The notes beneath the pieces were generated by a model, which saw only the letters and a program-made list of their open reading frames with translations, made no database searches and was not told the origin of the DNA. A DNA stretch of 64,000 bases, taken from positions 1,086,580 through 1,150,579 of the forward strand of contig OW818637.1 in the NCBI GenBank assembly GCA_942492745.1, written 5' to 3'. Below are positions 1 to 8,757 of the stretch, piece after piece. Origin of the DNA: an uncultured beta proteobacterium. GTDB lineage: Bacteria; Pseudomonadota; Gammaproteobacteria; Burkholderiales; Gallionellaceae. Numbering within the stretch: the first letter of the stretch is position 1; every line of letters starts with the position of its first letter. The translations under genes were made by a program, and so were the position numbers.

Positions 1-832
1 GAAAGAGAGCTTCGGTAGGGTTTTGATAGAAAAAGTTGCCATAGATTTCGTAAGTATCTTTCGACCCATTTCCTTTCACGGGCCAGTGTCCCACGAGCAC
101 ATTAGGCCGCGCTAATGGCTCGGTAGCTGCGCCCTTCTCCTTGCTAAAAACGTTGTGGCGGATGATTGTGACGCTCGGCTCGCTGGGCATACCCGGAATC
201 TCCGGTCGCGCATTCTGATGCTTGATTTGCAAGTTGTAGCCAATTGTGTCCTTGATTAGATTGTGCTCAATTAATCCCCCCACAAATGGTGCATTTCCGT
301 CTGAGTTGCCGAGATAAATTCCGGTGCCGGCACCCCAAATTGTGTTACTTCGGATAACCCAGTCCCACGCGGGACACTTTGTCGAAATGCCCACAGTTTG
401 TTGGTTATTGCCATGACCCTTGATAACCAGATTTTCAAGCGTGATGTGGTGAGCCCATTCAGCGTGTCCTTCACATTTAACGCCGTCCACAGCCATGCCC
501 TGCCCGTCAAGTTCCAAATTACGAATAACAATGTAACTGGCGTTAATGATGCTGATCGTATTGTTTCCAGGTCTTGCCAAAAAAACAGGTAAAGGACCAT
601 TGGACGGGCCCATTATGATGACCGGATTGTCCTTATTCCCGTGCAGCCGATGCACAGGCAAACCTTTTTTGTAAACGCCGGGCTGTAGCAAAAGAGTATC
701 GCCTGGTTCCAGCCGCGAAAGCAATTCACGATAATTATCGGGGTCAGCTGTAACGAGGCTGGCGGCCTGTAATATTGAACTGAACAGGAGCAAGAGAAGA
801 AAAACTATGCGTCGCAAGGAAATACAAAACAT
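1..832 (-). CDS. Secreted right-handed parallel beta-helix repeat protein (N-terminal part; C-terminus lies beyond the window start)
   Basis: Absent from the ORF track because it runs off the window edge. My translation of the minus strand from the ATG at 832-830 stays open to position 1. It starts MFCISLRRIVFLLLLLFSSILQAASL (signal peptide). It then shows periodic motifs NASYIVIRNLELDG, ITLENLVIKGHGNNQQ, WVIRSNTIWGAGTGIYLGNSDG and GLIEHNLIKDTIGYNLQIK, typical of pectate-lyase-like beta-helix proteins. Confidence 0.6.
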   Translation of the reverse strand, partial: MFCISLRRIVFLLLLLFSSILQAASLVTADPDNYRELLSRLEPGDTLLLQPGVYKKGLPVHRLHGNKDNPVIIMGPSNGPLPVFLARPGNNTISIINASYIVIRNLELDGQGMAVDGVKCEGHAEWAHHITLENLVIKGHGNNQQTVGISTKCPAWDWVIRSNTIWGAGTGIYLGNSDGNAPFVGGLIEHNLIKDTIGYNLQIKHQNARPEIPGMPSEPSVTIIRHNVFSKEKGAATEPLARPNVLVGHWPVKGNGSKDTYEIYGNFFYQNPTEALF

Positions 833-1015
833 GTCTTGGTTTATTACGAAATGTTGATGAACATAACTGAGGAGAGATGCAGTGGGCGTTAAAGCTACTT
901 GATTACTGACCGCGCAAAGTACTTGTATTTAAATAAATTCATATCAAATTTTAGTTCATGGTAAATTATTTATTGGCCACTCGCCCTGCCCTGCACATAT
1001 GGCTATACCTATTTT

Positions 1016-2050
1016 TTATTCCGTCATCGGCAGGTCTCCTGCCACCAAGATTTTGTTTTCATTAACCGTGCCCTGAGCGGCGCGCCGCATTCTGTCATTG
1101 ATTGCAACCCATTCTTGTGTTGAGGGAAGTGCTTCAGCCAAAAGATGATCGAAACTGGCGTGATCAATACGGTGCAGTGTCGCATAGAGCTCGCGCCCAT
1201 ATTCATTAGCCAGCAGAGGCATCTGAAAACTTGTTATTTCACCACTACCTACACACTTGTTATTATCACTCAGATTAAGAACCGCTACTTTATAGCCCAG
1301 TTTAGCCAGTTGATGTGCCCGACGCCACAATTCGTCTGCCGGATGGATTTCAATTGGAGTTGTGGGGGCATAGTGTGACTCCAGCATGCCGGAAGCCCGC
1401 ACCATAGAAGCAGCCGGTTGAGCCAGCAAGATTTTCTTATTAAGTGTGTTTTCAATAGCTTCGACGGAAAGCCCACCGGGCCGCAATAGCACAGCCTCTC
1501 CATGCGCTAAGCTCACAATGGTGGATTCCACACCGATACGGCATGGGCCTCCATCCAGAATCATACCCACCCTGGATCCCAGTTTGTCTTGCACGTGTTG
1601 CGCTGTAGTTGGGCTTAACTGTCCAAAACGATTGGCTGATGGTGCTGCAATTCCGCCGCCGAACGCACGCAGCAGAGTGGTCGCGACTGGGTGGTCTGGC
1701 ACACGCAGACCTACGGTGTCTTGACCACCGGTGACCTCATTCGGCACTTGGCTGGATCGTTGCAGGATCAAGGTCAGTGGACCCGGCCAAAATGCTTCTG
1801 CCAGTTGCCATGCATCGTCGGGGATACTCTGCGCCCAAGCTGGTAGTTGGGAAGCTGCGGCAATATGAACTATTAGAGGATGGTAGTTCGGTCGGCCCTT
1901 GATCTCAAAAATCTTTTGCACTGCAAGTGGATTGGAGGCATCCGCCCCCAATCCGTAGACAGTCTCAGTGGGAAAAGCCACAGTCTCGCCCGCCCGCAGT
2001 AATTCTGCAGCAGCTTGTATCTCGTCATCCGGGATAGCATAGGGATTCAC
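1016..2050 (-). CDS. tsaC: L-threonylcarbamoyladenylate synthase (Sua5/YwlC long form)
   Basis: 344-aa ORF with the N-terminal YrdC-domain signature VAFPTETVYGLGADASNPLAVQKIFEIKGRPNYHPLIVHI and WPGPLTLIL, plus a C-terminal Sua5 extension. Confidence 0.9.
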   Translation of the reverse strand: MNPYAIPDDEIQAAAELLRAGETVAFPTETVYGLGADASNPLAVQKIFEIKGRPNYHPLIVHIAAASQLPAWAQSIPDDAWQLAEAFWPGPLTLILQRSSQVPNEVTGGQDTVGLRVPDHPVATTLLRAFGGGIAAPSANRFGQLSPTTAQHVQDKLGSRVGMILDGGPCRIGVESTIVSLAHGEAVLLRPGGLSVEAIENTLNKKILLAQPAASMVRASGMLESHYAPTTPIEIHPADELWRRAHQLAKLGYKVAVLNLSDNNKCVGSGEITSFQMPLLANEYGRELYATLHRIDHASFDHLLAEALPSTQEWVAINDRMRRAAQGTVNENKILVAGDLPMTE

Positions 2051-2062
2051 AGTGTCTTGTTT

Positions 2063-2500
2063 TCAATCCTGCATTCGGTCGGCTTGCCGCAGGTCCGCCG
2101 ACGACTCATCGCCCGAATAAGGATAACGTACATGACCCAAGCGAATCAGGAATACTGCCAGCGTCAGCATCAGGATAGAGCCAGTTATTGCGAGCATGCG
2201 CCAGTCATCCAAGGCTTTCATGTCCAAGATCAGGTAGCGCGCAAGTGCCACCATGCCGATGTAAAGTGGGAAGCGCACTGGCAGCTTGCCTGAGTTGTAA
2301 TACAGCCCGACCATGGCGAGTACTTCCAGGTAGAGGAAGAGCAGTAACAGGTCGGTGAGTGTCACTTGTACTGCCCGTACCATAGTCATGGTCTCGCTCG
2401 CCATGGCGAACACTGTGGCAATGGCGATGACTAGCAAGCCGATATGTTCGACCAGAGAAAGAAGTCGCTGGTTGAATCTTTTAATGGTTGTATTTTTCAA
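2063..2500 (-). CDS. psiE: PsiE-family (phosphate-starvation-inducible) membrane protein
   Basis: 145-aa four-TM ORF. FLYLEVLAMVGLYYNSGKLPVRFPLYIGMVALARYLILD aligns with the E. coli PsiE core [40 protein letters not shown]. Confidence 0.8.
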   Translation of the reverse strand: MKNTTIKRFNQRLLSLVEHIGLLVIAIATVFAMASETMTMVRAVQVTLTDLLLLFLYLEVLAMVGLYYNSGKLPVRFPLYIGMVALARYLILDMKALDDWRMLAITGSILMLTLAVFLIRLGHVRYPYSGDESSADLRQADRMQD

Positions 2501-2560
2501 TCCGTTAGCCCGTTCATTAAACTCCAGCGTCGTACTGATTTCAATAGCTGAAGGAATGTG

Positions 2561-3445
2561 TCACACGTCCATCAACAGTCGCACGGCTTCGTGATATTTC
2601 TCCGCAGTCTTTTCGATTACGTCGGCAGGAATTTTCGGCGCCGGGAGTTGTTTGTTCCAGCCAGACGCCTCCAGCCAGTCACGCACGAACTGCTTATCAA
2701 AGCTAGGCGGGTTGCTACCCACTTTGTACTGATCAGTTGGCCAGAGCCGCGAAGAATCGGGCGTCAGCGCTTCATCAATCAAATACATTTTGCCTGATGA
2801 ATCCACACCAAATTCAAATTTGGTATCAGCAATGATAATCCCCCTGGTGGCCGCATATACCGCTGCCTGGGAATACAGCGACATGGCGGCATGACGTACT
2901 GCATTAGCACGCGGTGCACCCAGCAATTTTATGGCCTGCTCGAAGGAGATGTTTTCATCGTGTTCACCTGCTGCTGCCTTGGTTGAAGGTGTAAATAAGG
3001 GTTGCGGCAGTTTTTGCGCTTCCTGTAAATCGGCAGGTAATTTAATGCCGCACACCATGCCAGTCTTTTGATATTCCTTCCAAGCGGAACCAGCCAGATA
3101 GCCGCGCACGATGGCCTCGATGGGCACGGGTCTCAAGCGTTTCACTACTAAGGCCCGGCCAGCCAGTTGCGTGCGTTCTTCATCAGTTTTGACTAACGAT
3201 TCTGGCTTGATACCGGTAAGGTGATTAGGGAGAACGTTATTAAGCTTACTAAACCAGAAATTGGACAAGGTAGTGAGTACTTGACCTTTTCCTGGCACTG
3301 GAGTCGGTAAAATGACATCAAAGGCGGACAAGCGATCAGTTTGCACAATGAGCAGGCGATCATCATCCACTTCATAAATGTCACGCACTTTGCCGCGGTG
3401 CAGTAATGGCAAACTGGTTAAGTTGGATTCAAATAATACAGACAT
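2561..3445 (-). CDS. purC: Phosphoribosylaminoimidazole-succinocarboxamide synthase (SAICAR synthetase)
   Basis: 294-aa [32 protein letters not shown] and [11 protein letters not shown] are classic PurC motifs. It lies adjacent to purE. Confidence 0.95.
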   Translation of the reverse strand: MSVLFESNLTSLPLLHRGKVRDIYEVDDDRLLIVQTDRLSAFDVILPTPVPGKGQVLTTLSNFWFSKLNNVLPNHLTGIKPESLVKTDEERTQLAGRALVVKRLRPVPIEAIVRGYLAGSAWKEYQKTGMVCGIKLPADLQEAQKLPQPLFTPSTKAAAGEHDENISFEQAIKLLGAPRANAVRHAAMSLYSQAAVYAATRGIIIADTKFEFGVDSSGKMYLIDEALTPDSSRLWPTDQYKVGSNPPSFDKQFVRDWLEASGWNKQLPAPKIPADVIEKTAEKYHEAVRLLMDV

Positions 3446-3457
3446 AGGGTTCCCCTT

Positions 3458-3952
3458 TTAGCTTAGTGATGGCAGCTTGATCGCAGCAATTGCTTCGGCC
3501 TGCTGTTTGCGGAATGCGATGAGACGCTTTGCCAACTGTGTATCGTTCAGTGCCAGCATGGATATTGCGAACAAGCCGGCATTCGCCGCACCTGCTTCGC
3601 CGATAGCAAAAGTGGCCACCGGAATGCCCTTGGGCATTTGCACGATAGATAGTAGCGAATCGATTCCCTTGAGGTATTTGGATGGAATGGGTACGCCCAG
3701 CACTGGCAGAGTGGTTTGACCTGCAATTACGCCAGCCAGATGCGCTGCACCACCCGCACCGGCGATGAAACACTGTACACCCTGTACACTCATTTCTTGA
3801 ACATAATTTAACAATAGTTCAGGTGAACGGTGCGCGGAGATCACACGCGCATCGTAGGCCACGCCGAAGTCATGCAACGGACGCGCGGCCTGCTGCATGA
3901 TTTCCCAATCATTTGCACTGCCCATCAAAATGGCAACCAGCGGTTTGTTCAT
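3458..3952 (-). CDS. purE: N5-carboxyaminoimidazole ribonucleotide mutase
   Basis: 164-aa ORF with VAILMGSANDWEIM, RVISAHRSPE, FIAGAGGAAHLAGV and GVPI, which are canonical PurE motifs. Confidence 0.95.
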   Translation of the reverse strand: MNKPLVAILMGSANDWEIMQQAARPLHDFGVAYDARVISAHRSPELLLNYVQEMSVQGVQCFIAGAGGAAHLAGVIAGQTTLPVLGVPIPSKYLKGIDSLLSIVQMPKGIPVATFAIGEAGAANAGLFAISMLALNDTQLAKRLIAFRKQQAEAIAAIKLPSLS

Positions 3953-3990
3953 GTATCTCCTTCCTTTAGATTGTTTTTTTAACTTGTTTA

Positions 3991-4131
3991 GGGTGCCTCT
4001 AAAAATTCAAGTTTCTAGGCAAGACAAGGCACGAGTAAAAAATTTGAGCGCTGCATATATTTGATATGTAAGCAATAATTTTTTCCGAGTAACGCCGTAT
4101 TGTGACGAAAATTGGATTTTTAGAGGTGCCC
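3991..4131. mobile_element. 141-bp foldback MITE-like element, copy A
   Basis: Its termini are gggtgcctctaaaaat ... atttttagaggtgccc, 16-nt imperfect inverted repeats. The whole element is about 95% identical to the reverse complement of 36929-37069, and its two halves form an imperfect long palindrome. It sits 39 nt upstream of the purE start. Confidence 0.7.
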
Positions 4132-5018
4132 ATTATAGCTTTTGTAATATAATTTCTAGTAGCCTGTCGGATTTCGCTGGCAACCAATTTGTTACATTGA
4201 GGTGCCTGGCAACTTAAGAAATAACATTTACTTATAATAATCAAAATATTATTTATATTCAAAGTTGGGAGTCTGGCTGTCTGTTAGGAACAAATGGATA
4301 GGTTCACCACTGTTTATGCAAAACCGAGTTTATACTTCCTCATGTTTGGCACTGCCGTGACGTGGGAGCGTCAGGCCTTCGCAATTCCCTCATTTTCTTC
4401 CGCCAACTCATCTCAGTCCAGATCTGGCCATCCCGAAACACGCTACTGGCATAGATTTCTTCGACTTCGATGGTCATCAAATCAATATTGGTGAGATTTT
4501 TCTTGGCGCTGGCAAACAGGCGGTTAGCTTGGCGTATACGCGCGCGATCCACTGAGTTGCGAAGCCACGAATTTCGGCGTCCAGGTTAATCGGAGTGTCG
4601 TAGGGAAGGATGAGATCCTTTGAAGGTTCGCTCATTTTTTTAGCCTGTAAAATCAATCGACTGTTGAAAGTCTCTGCATTGTCATTCCGTGTATTACAAG
4701 TGAGAAGCACCCACATCAGAATATTAAGCAATCAAATACTAAAGTATATTAATATGATAATTAATGAAAGAATTATTATGGATAAATTTAGTAAAATTGA
4801 TCAGTACAATACAGCTGCACAAGACACTAGAACAGCTTAAATGGATTGATTTTTGTTTCGCTTGGAGGACATTTATGCCGTAGTTAAAATTTAAGTGATT
4901 GATCAGTCCAGCCCTATTGCTTTTTAAGCAGGCATTTCGCCCAAAAGAGATTCTCAGATGTGTATATGCCTTGTGTTTGGGCGAACTCTGAATTTTAACG
5001 CGTCTTTAAGGTTCATAA

Positions 5019-5516
5019 TTATTTTTTAAATCCAATAAGGTAGATACCGATAACTTTTCCCACTTTATCTTTAATTGGATCATAACAAGTGTAGAAAGAA
5101 TTACCTAAAATATCGATATCCCCGCAATATGCTTCACCCTTGATTACTGCGTCATAAGCCTTGTTATGAGCAAGTTTAGTTCCAACCCCGCGAACTCCTT
5201 TAGGCGTTAATACATTTGTACTAACCCGAATAAATTCGACGCCATCTTTAACAAAGACAGTAGAATAAGCACCAGACGATTTTTTAATTTCATCAACAAC
5301 ACTAAAATTATTGTTTATTTTTTGTTTACCGAAATAAATGACTGGAGCAATTATATTTCCAGACTTTTCTACACCTTCGATTCTAGGTTCGCCCATTTTT
5401 GTAAATTTCGCTTTAAGCTCATCCACTGTTTTTCTGGGGTCATTTGTACTCGCGGTGGCCATAAACGCAGTGGCCATAAACAGTAATGTTGTTATAAACA
5501 AAATTGTTTTTTTCAT
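5019..5516 (-). CDS. Exported single-Cache-like (sCache_3-type) domain protein
   Basis: Likely start at MKKTILFITTLLFMATAFMATA (signal peptide). The body, GNIIAPVIYFGKQKINNNFSVVDEIKK..YSTVFVKDGVEFIRVSTNV...RGVGTKL.. AYDAVIKGEAYCGDIDILGNSFYTCYDPIKD..GKVIGIYLIG, resembles stand-alone Cache sensor domains. The gene is AT-rich. Confidence 0.55.
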   Translation of the reverse strand: MKKTILFITTLLFMATAFMATASTNDPRKTVDELKAKFTKMGEPRIEGVEKSGNIIAPVIYFGKQKINNNFSVVDEIKKSSGAYSTVFVKDGVEFIRVSTNVLTPKGVRGVGTKLAHNKAYDAVIKGEAYCGDIDILGNSFYTCYDPIKDKVGKVIGIYLIGFKK

Positions 5517-5849
5517 AAAAAATGTCCTTTTTAAATAATTTTGATTCAAATAATGAGTTGATAGTTATTGAATTTTAAATATTCGTTTAACAATTGTACA
5601 TTTTAATAGGTATTCTAATTAAAATATCGCATACATTATTGATATTTTTATATTTACTTTATTTAGAATACCCAAGTTTCAGTATTTTTGAAAGTATCAT
5701 TTCATTAATATAGGCGGATTAAAATTTCGAATAGCAACTTTTGTAGGTGAATTTAGGTGGCGAGCTGCGCTAGTATCGGAGCCAATTAAACAATCAACTA
5801 AAAGGAGTACAAATGGACATCTATAAGCAGCTCATAAACAAAGATATCA

Positions 5850-6060
5850 GATTTTCTGGGTTGAAGAAGGCGAGCAAGCGGGCCGTAATACTGGTGAGTG
5901 ACACTCACCGAATATTTCCCTACTTTTTGGAAAAACGCGTATCGTCGATGATCCAGTAGCAGCCGCTATAACGTCCAAGCACAGGCGCAATAATCTCGCG
6001 TACCGGTCAGAATGGCCGATCCCTTTAGACAAATGAGCCACTACCGGTTGAACTCATAGA
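5850..6060 (-). pseudogene. Remnant of an IS701-like (DDE) transposase
   Basis: The minus strand reads ..IIAPVLGRYSGCYWIIDDTRFSKK*. One frame over it reads KKVGKYSVSVTHQYYGPLARL. This is the conserved IIDDTGFPKKGxHSVGVxRQYCGxLG block of IS701-family transposases, broken by a stop and a frameshift. No full-length ORF remains. Confidence 0.45.
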
Positions 6061-6131
6061 TGAGTCCATACTGTCTCCTTTCTGTGTCAATGAAGCTGTC
6101 ATCCTGCATTTATGGCACAGTAAGGTTAGGT

Positions 6132-8291
6132 CTATTTTATATTGTGATGTGCTAAAAAATCTGCCTGTTGTAGTTTAACGAGTGCATGTATATCTTCCCC
6201 AACAGGCTGGTAGAGAGGACGGACCTTTCGCACAACGATATTGTTCGCTTCTTTAACATCATCTGCACGTAAAGCAATTAGTACCGGTTTCAAGCCTTCG
6301 TTAATGAATCTATTTCGGTTAGCGGCAAACCTCTCCGCCAGTGTTCTTTCAGCGGGTGTAAGATGATTGGCCATGTAGGCATTCCATGTTTGTTCTATTT
6401 CAGCAATATTTTCTTCGACCTGTGCTGTATTGTGGCTAATAATCTCGGGCGTCGGTGTTACCAGGGTAGTCGCGATTGCGAGCCGGTTTTCCAGTAATAG
6501 CAATTCAATATGCGCCACCTGTTCAAGAGGAATAGTGCGATCCTGCTGGTCAACTTTTAGATCCTGTTCGGTCTTGCTCATTCCGACAATCAATAGCGGC
6601 AGGGCGCATAGTATTCCAAACATTAGCGCCAGCTGAACCCGCCCGAAACCATTTACAATTAGTGGACCCTTGGCTTGAGTAAATTCTTCTTCAAGGGGTT
6701 GATATCCTTGACTGACTTTTCTGCCCGCTAGTGGATGATTGGAAAAAGGCTGGAACCGTTCAAAGCCTTTTACTATGACTGTACCGCCCGCGTGAGTATA
6801 TTCTTCTTCAAAGTGTTTAAGGAATTCCATAAAAGTATGATCAACCAGTTTGGCCTTGGAAAAATCCAGCCATACTTTTTTTCCGGCTTTTAATTGGTTG
6901 AACGCATTTTTAAAGCCCATCAAATTGGAGAATATGGCAGCACCCTGAATGGTTAAATTATATTCATCTTCTTTTTCTTTTAATGTATACCGAGCATTGA
7001 ACATGCTGCGAAGTGGAGCCCCATTTACAATATGGAATAAAAATTTAGCGACGATGCCCGAGGCTATCCCTATAAGTAAATCGGTCGCGATAGTTGCGGC
7101 GATGGTTACTAAAAAAACCACTAATTGCTCACTACCAATTTTGTAGGTTTTGTAGAATAGCGAAGGTGAAGCGAGTACATAGCCAACAAATATCAACATG
7201 GCTGCCAGCGCGGCATTGGGAATCATTTCAATCACGGGAATCATCAGTAGCATGGCAACCAACAAGAAGAAACCGTGGAAGAAATTGGCCCAAATTGTAC
7301 GGCCACCAAAACGTACGTTGGCTGAGCTACGTGCAACTTCAGCTATCATCGGCAGTCCACCCAACAATCCCGCAACTGCATTACCTGCTCCGACGGCAGC
7401 CAGGTCTTTATTGAAATCCGATTGACGCTTCCAGGGATCCAATCCGTCAACAGCTTTTACTGTAAGTAATGACTCCAGGCTGCCCACGACAAGAAACATG
7501 AATACATATTTCCAGAACACAAAACTAGTTATTGCAGAGAAATCGGGGTTGTATCCTACTGAACCCCAGAAGTCACCGATATGAACAAGGGCATGGGCCG
7601 GTTGTGTTGTCTTGAAGCTCAAAATAAATGCCGCTGGAATAGCAAACAAAAGCACAATCATCGGTGCTGGAATTTTTTTCAAGAAATTGATTTTTGTTTT
7701 CGGCATGCCGAATAAAACAATCAAACTGACAATGCCAATTAATGCAACCGGCTGATTGGCGTGCATGACAGAGTCGGGAATGCGTTCCAAAAGTCCAATT
7801 GGATTCAATCCTTTTAATGTGGAAGGGTCAATTCCCAGCAAGATATGGATTTGTTTGGAAAAGATGATTATTCCGATGGCAGCCAGCATCCCGTGCACAG
7901 CCGAGTGCGGAATAAAATCACTGAGTGAACCGGCTTTCAAGAAACCTAAAACGATTTGAATCCATGAAGCGACTACAATTGCGCCAAGAGCCAGATGCCA
8001 TCCTTCCGGGCCGCCTCCAAGTTCGGTTACGCATCCTGCACAGATTGTTATTAAGCCAGCAGCAGGACCTTTAATGGTAAGACGTGAGCCGGCAAAAAAA
8101 CTGACAAACAAACCTCCAATCATTGCTGTAAGCACACCCATCGCAGGCGGAAATTCACTGGCTTTCGCGATGCCTAAACTGAGAGGTAACGCTAGCAGGA
8201 AGACCAGGAATCCTGAAATAAAATCTGATCTAAAATTTTCTTTCAGTCCGGCTATACCCTCTTTGGGAAGAGATGATTGAATGGAACTCAT
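6132..8291 (-). CDS. SulP-family anion (bicarbonate/sulfate-type) transporter with STAS domain, extended by an extra TM helix and a 4HB_MCP-type sensor domain
   Basis: 719-aa ORF. The N-terminus, FISGFLVFLLALPLSLGIAKASEFPPAMGVLTAMIGG...TIKGPAAGL, is the SulP core. A STAS-like region ends in ..FSNHPLAGRK. It is followed by the TM helix VQLALMFGILCALPLLIVGM and about 150 aa matching the chemoreceptor N-terminal four-helix bundle (DRTIPLEQVAHIELLLLENRLAI ... IAEIEQTWNAYMANHLTPAERTLAERFAANRNRF ... ALRADDVKEANNIV..KVRPLYQPVGEDIHALVKLQ). Confidence 0.85.
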   Translation of the reverse strand: MSSIQSSLPKEGIAGLKENFRSDFISGFLVFLLALPLSLGIAKASEFPPAMGVLTAMIGGLFVSFFAGSRLTIKGPAAGLITICAGCVTELGGGPEGWHLALGAIVVASWIQIVLGFLKAGSLSDFIPHSAVHGMLAAIGIIIFSKQIHILLGIDPSTLKGLNPIGLLERIPDSVMHANQPVALIGIVSLIVLFGMPKTKINFLKKIPAPMIVLLFAIPAAFILSFKTTQPAHALVHIGDFWGSVGYNPDFSAITSFVFWKYVFMFLVVGSLESLLTVKAVDGLDPWKRQSDFNKDLAAVGAGNAVAGLLGGLPMIAEVARSSANVRFGGRTIWANFFHGFFLLVAMLLMIPVIEMIPNAALAAMLIFVGYVLASPSLFYKTYKIGSEQLVVFLVTIAATIATDLLIGIASGIVAKFLFHIVNGAPLRSMFNARYTLKEKEDEYNLTIQGAAIFSNLMGFKNAFNQLKAGKKVWLDFSKAKLVDHTFMEFLKHFEEEYTHAGGTVIVKGFERFQPFSNHPLAGRKVSQGYQPLEEEFTQAKGPLIVNGFGRVQLALMFGILCALPLLIVGMSKTEQDLKVDQQDRTIPLEQVAHIELLLLENRLAIATTLVTPTPEIISHNTAQVEENIAEIEQTWNAYMANHLTPAERTLAERFAANRNRFINEGLKPVLIALRADDVKEANNIVVRKVRPLYQPVGEDIHALVKLQQADFLAHHNIK

Positions 8292-8757
8292 GATATCTTT
8301 GCTCCTATGTTGGGCAGAAACTTCCGGCTTTATAGTAATTTTAAGGTCTTTTTTAACACTGCTTTTAGCGGTACAGACAGATTGTCGATATAAAATTTAT
8401 CCTGCGTTTATCGTCAAAACATAATGTGCTGGCCTCTTTGCTTACAAAACCTGAAGTACAGTGACAGCGTTCAGTAGCGCACATTTATGCTTGAAAATAC
8501 TTGCCTTGCAGAATATTTCGAGGACTGTTTCCTGCAATTGCTACTTTATATTTCGATTTTTGGTTCGAGGAGACATCGAACTGTTCAGCCAATGCAGCAA
8601 ATATCTTGTTTTCTTAGTTAGCATGAACAAATTGGTACTCCTCTATTTATAATGTCCACCACGGTTTGCATTGAGCAAGACCGTATTTAGTAGCCTTTAA
8701 ATTTTATAGGCCATCAATTGTTGGCTTGTGCGGTTGAGTTTCTCATTCAATTTCTAA

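Noticed and set aside
4340-4731. Two overlapping minus-strand ORFs that could be one frameshifted small gene ([28 protein letters not shown] / [34 protein letters not shown]...).
   Set aside because: The pattern suggests a frameshifted small gene, possibly TA-like. I cannot assign either half to a family, so I do not report it as a feature.
8400-8660. Minus-strand reading MLTKKTRYLLH.. / ..LAEQFDVSSNQKSKYKVAIAGNSPRNIL, faintly reminiscent of an Rrf2-type regulator N-terminus between dabB and sulP.
   Set aside because: Only about 12 residues resemble the family, the reading is broken by stops, and it is too weak to call. The 63-aa plus-strand ORF here (8461-8652) is also unsupported.
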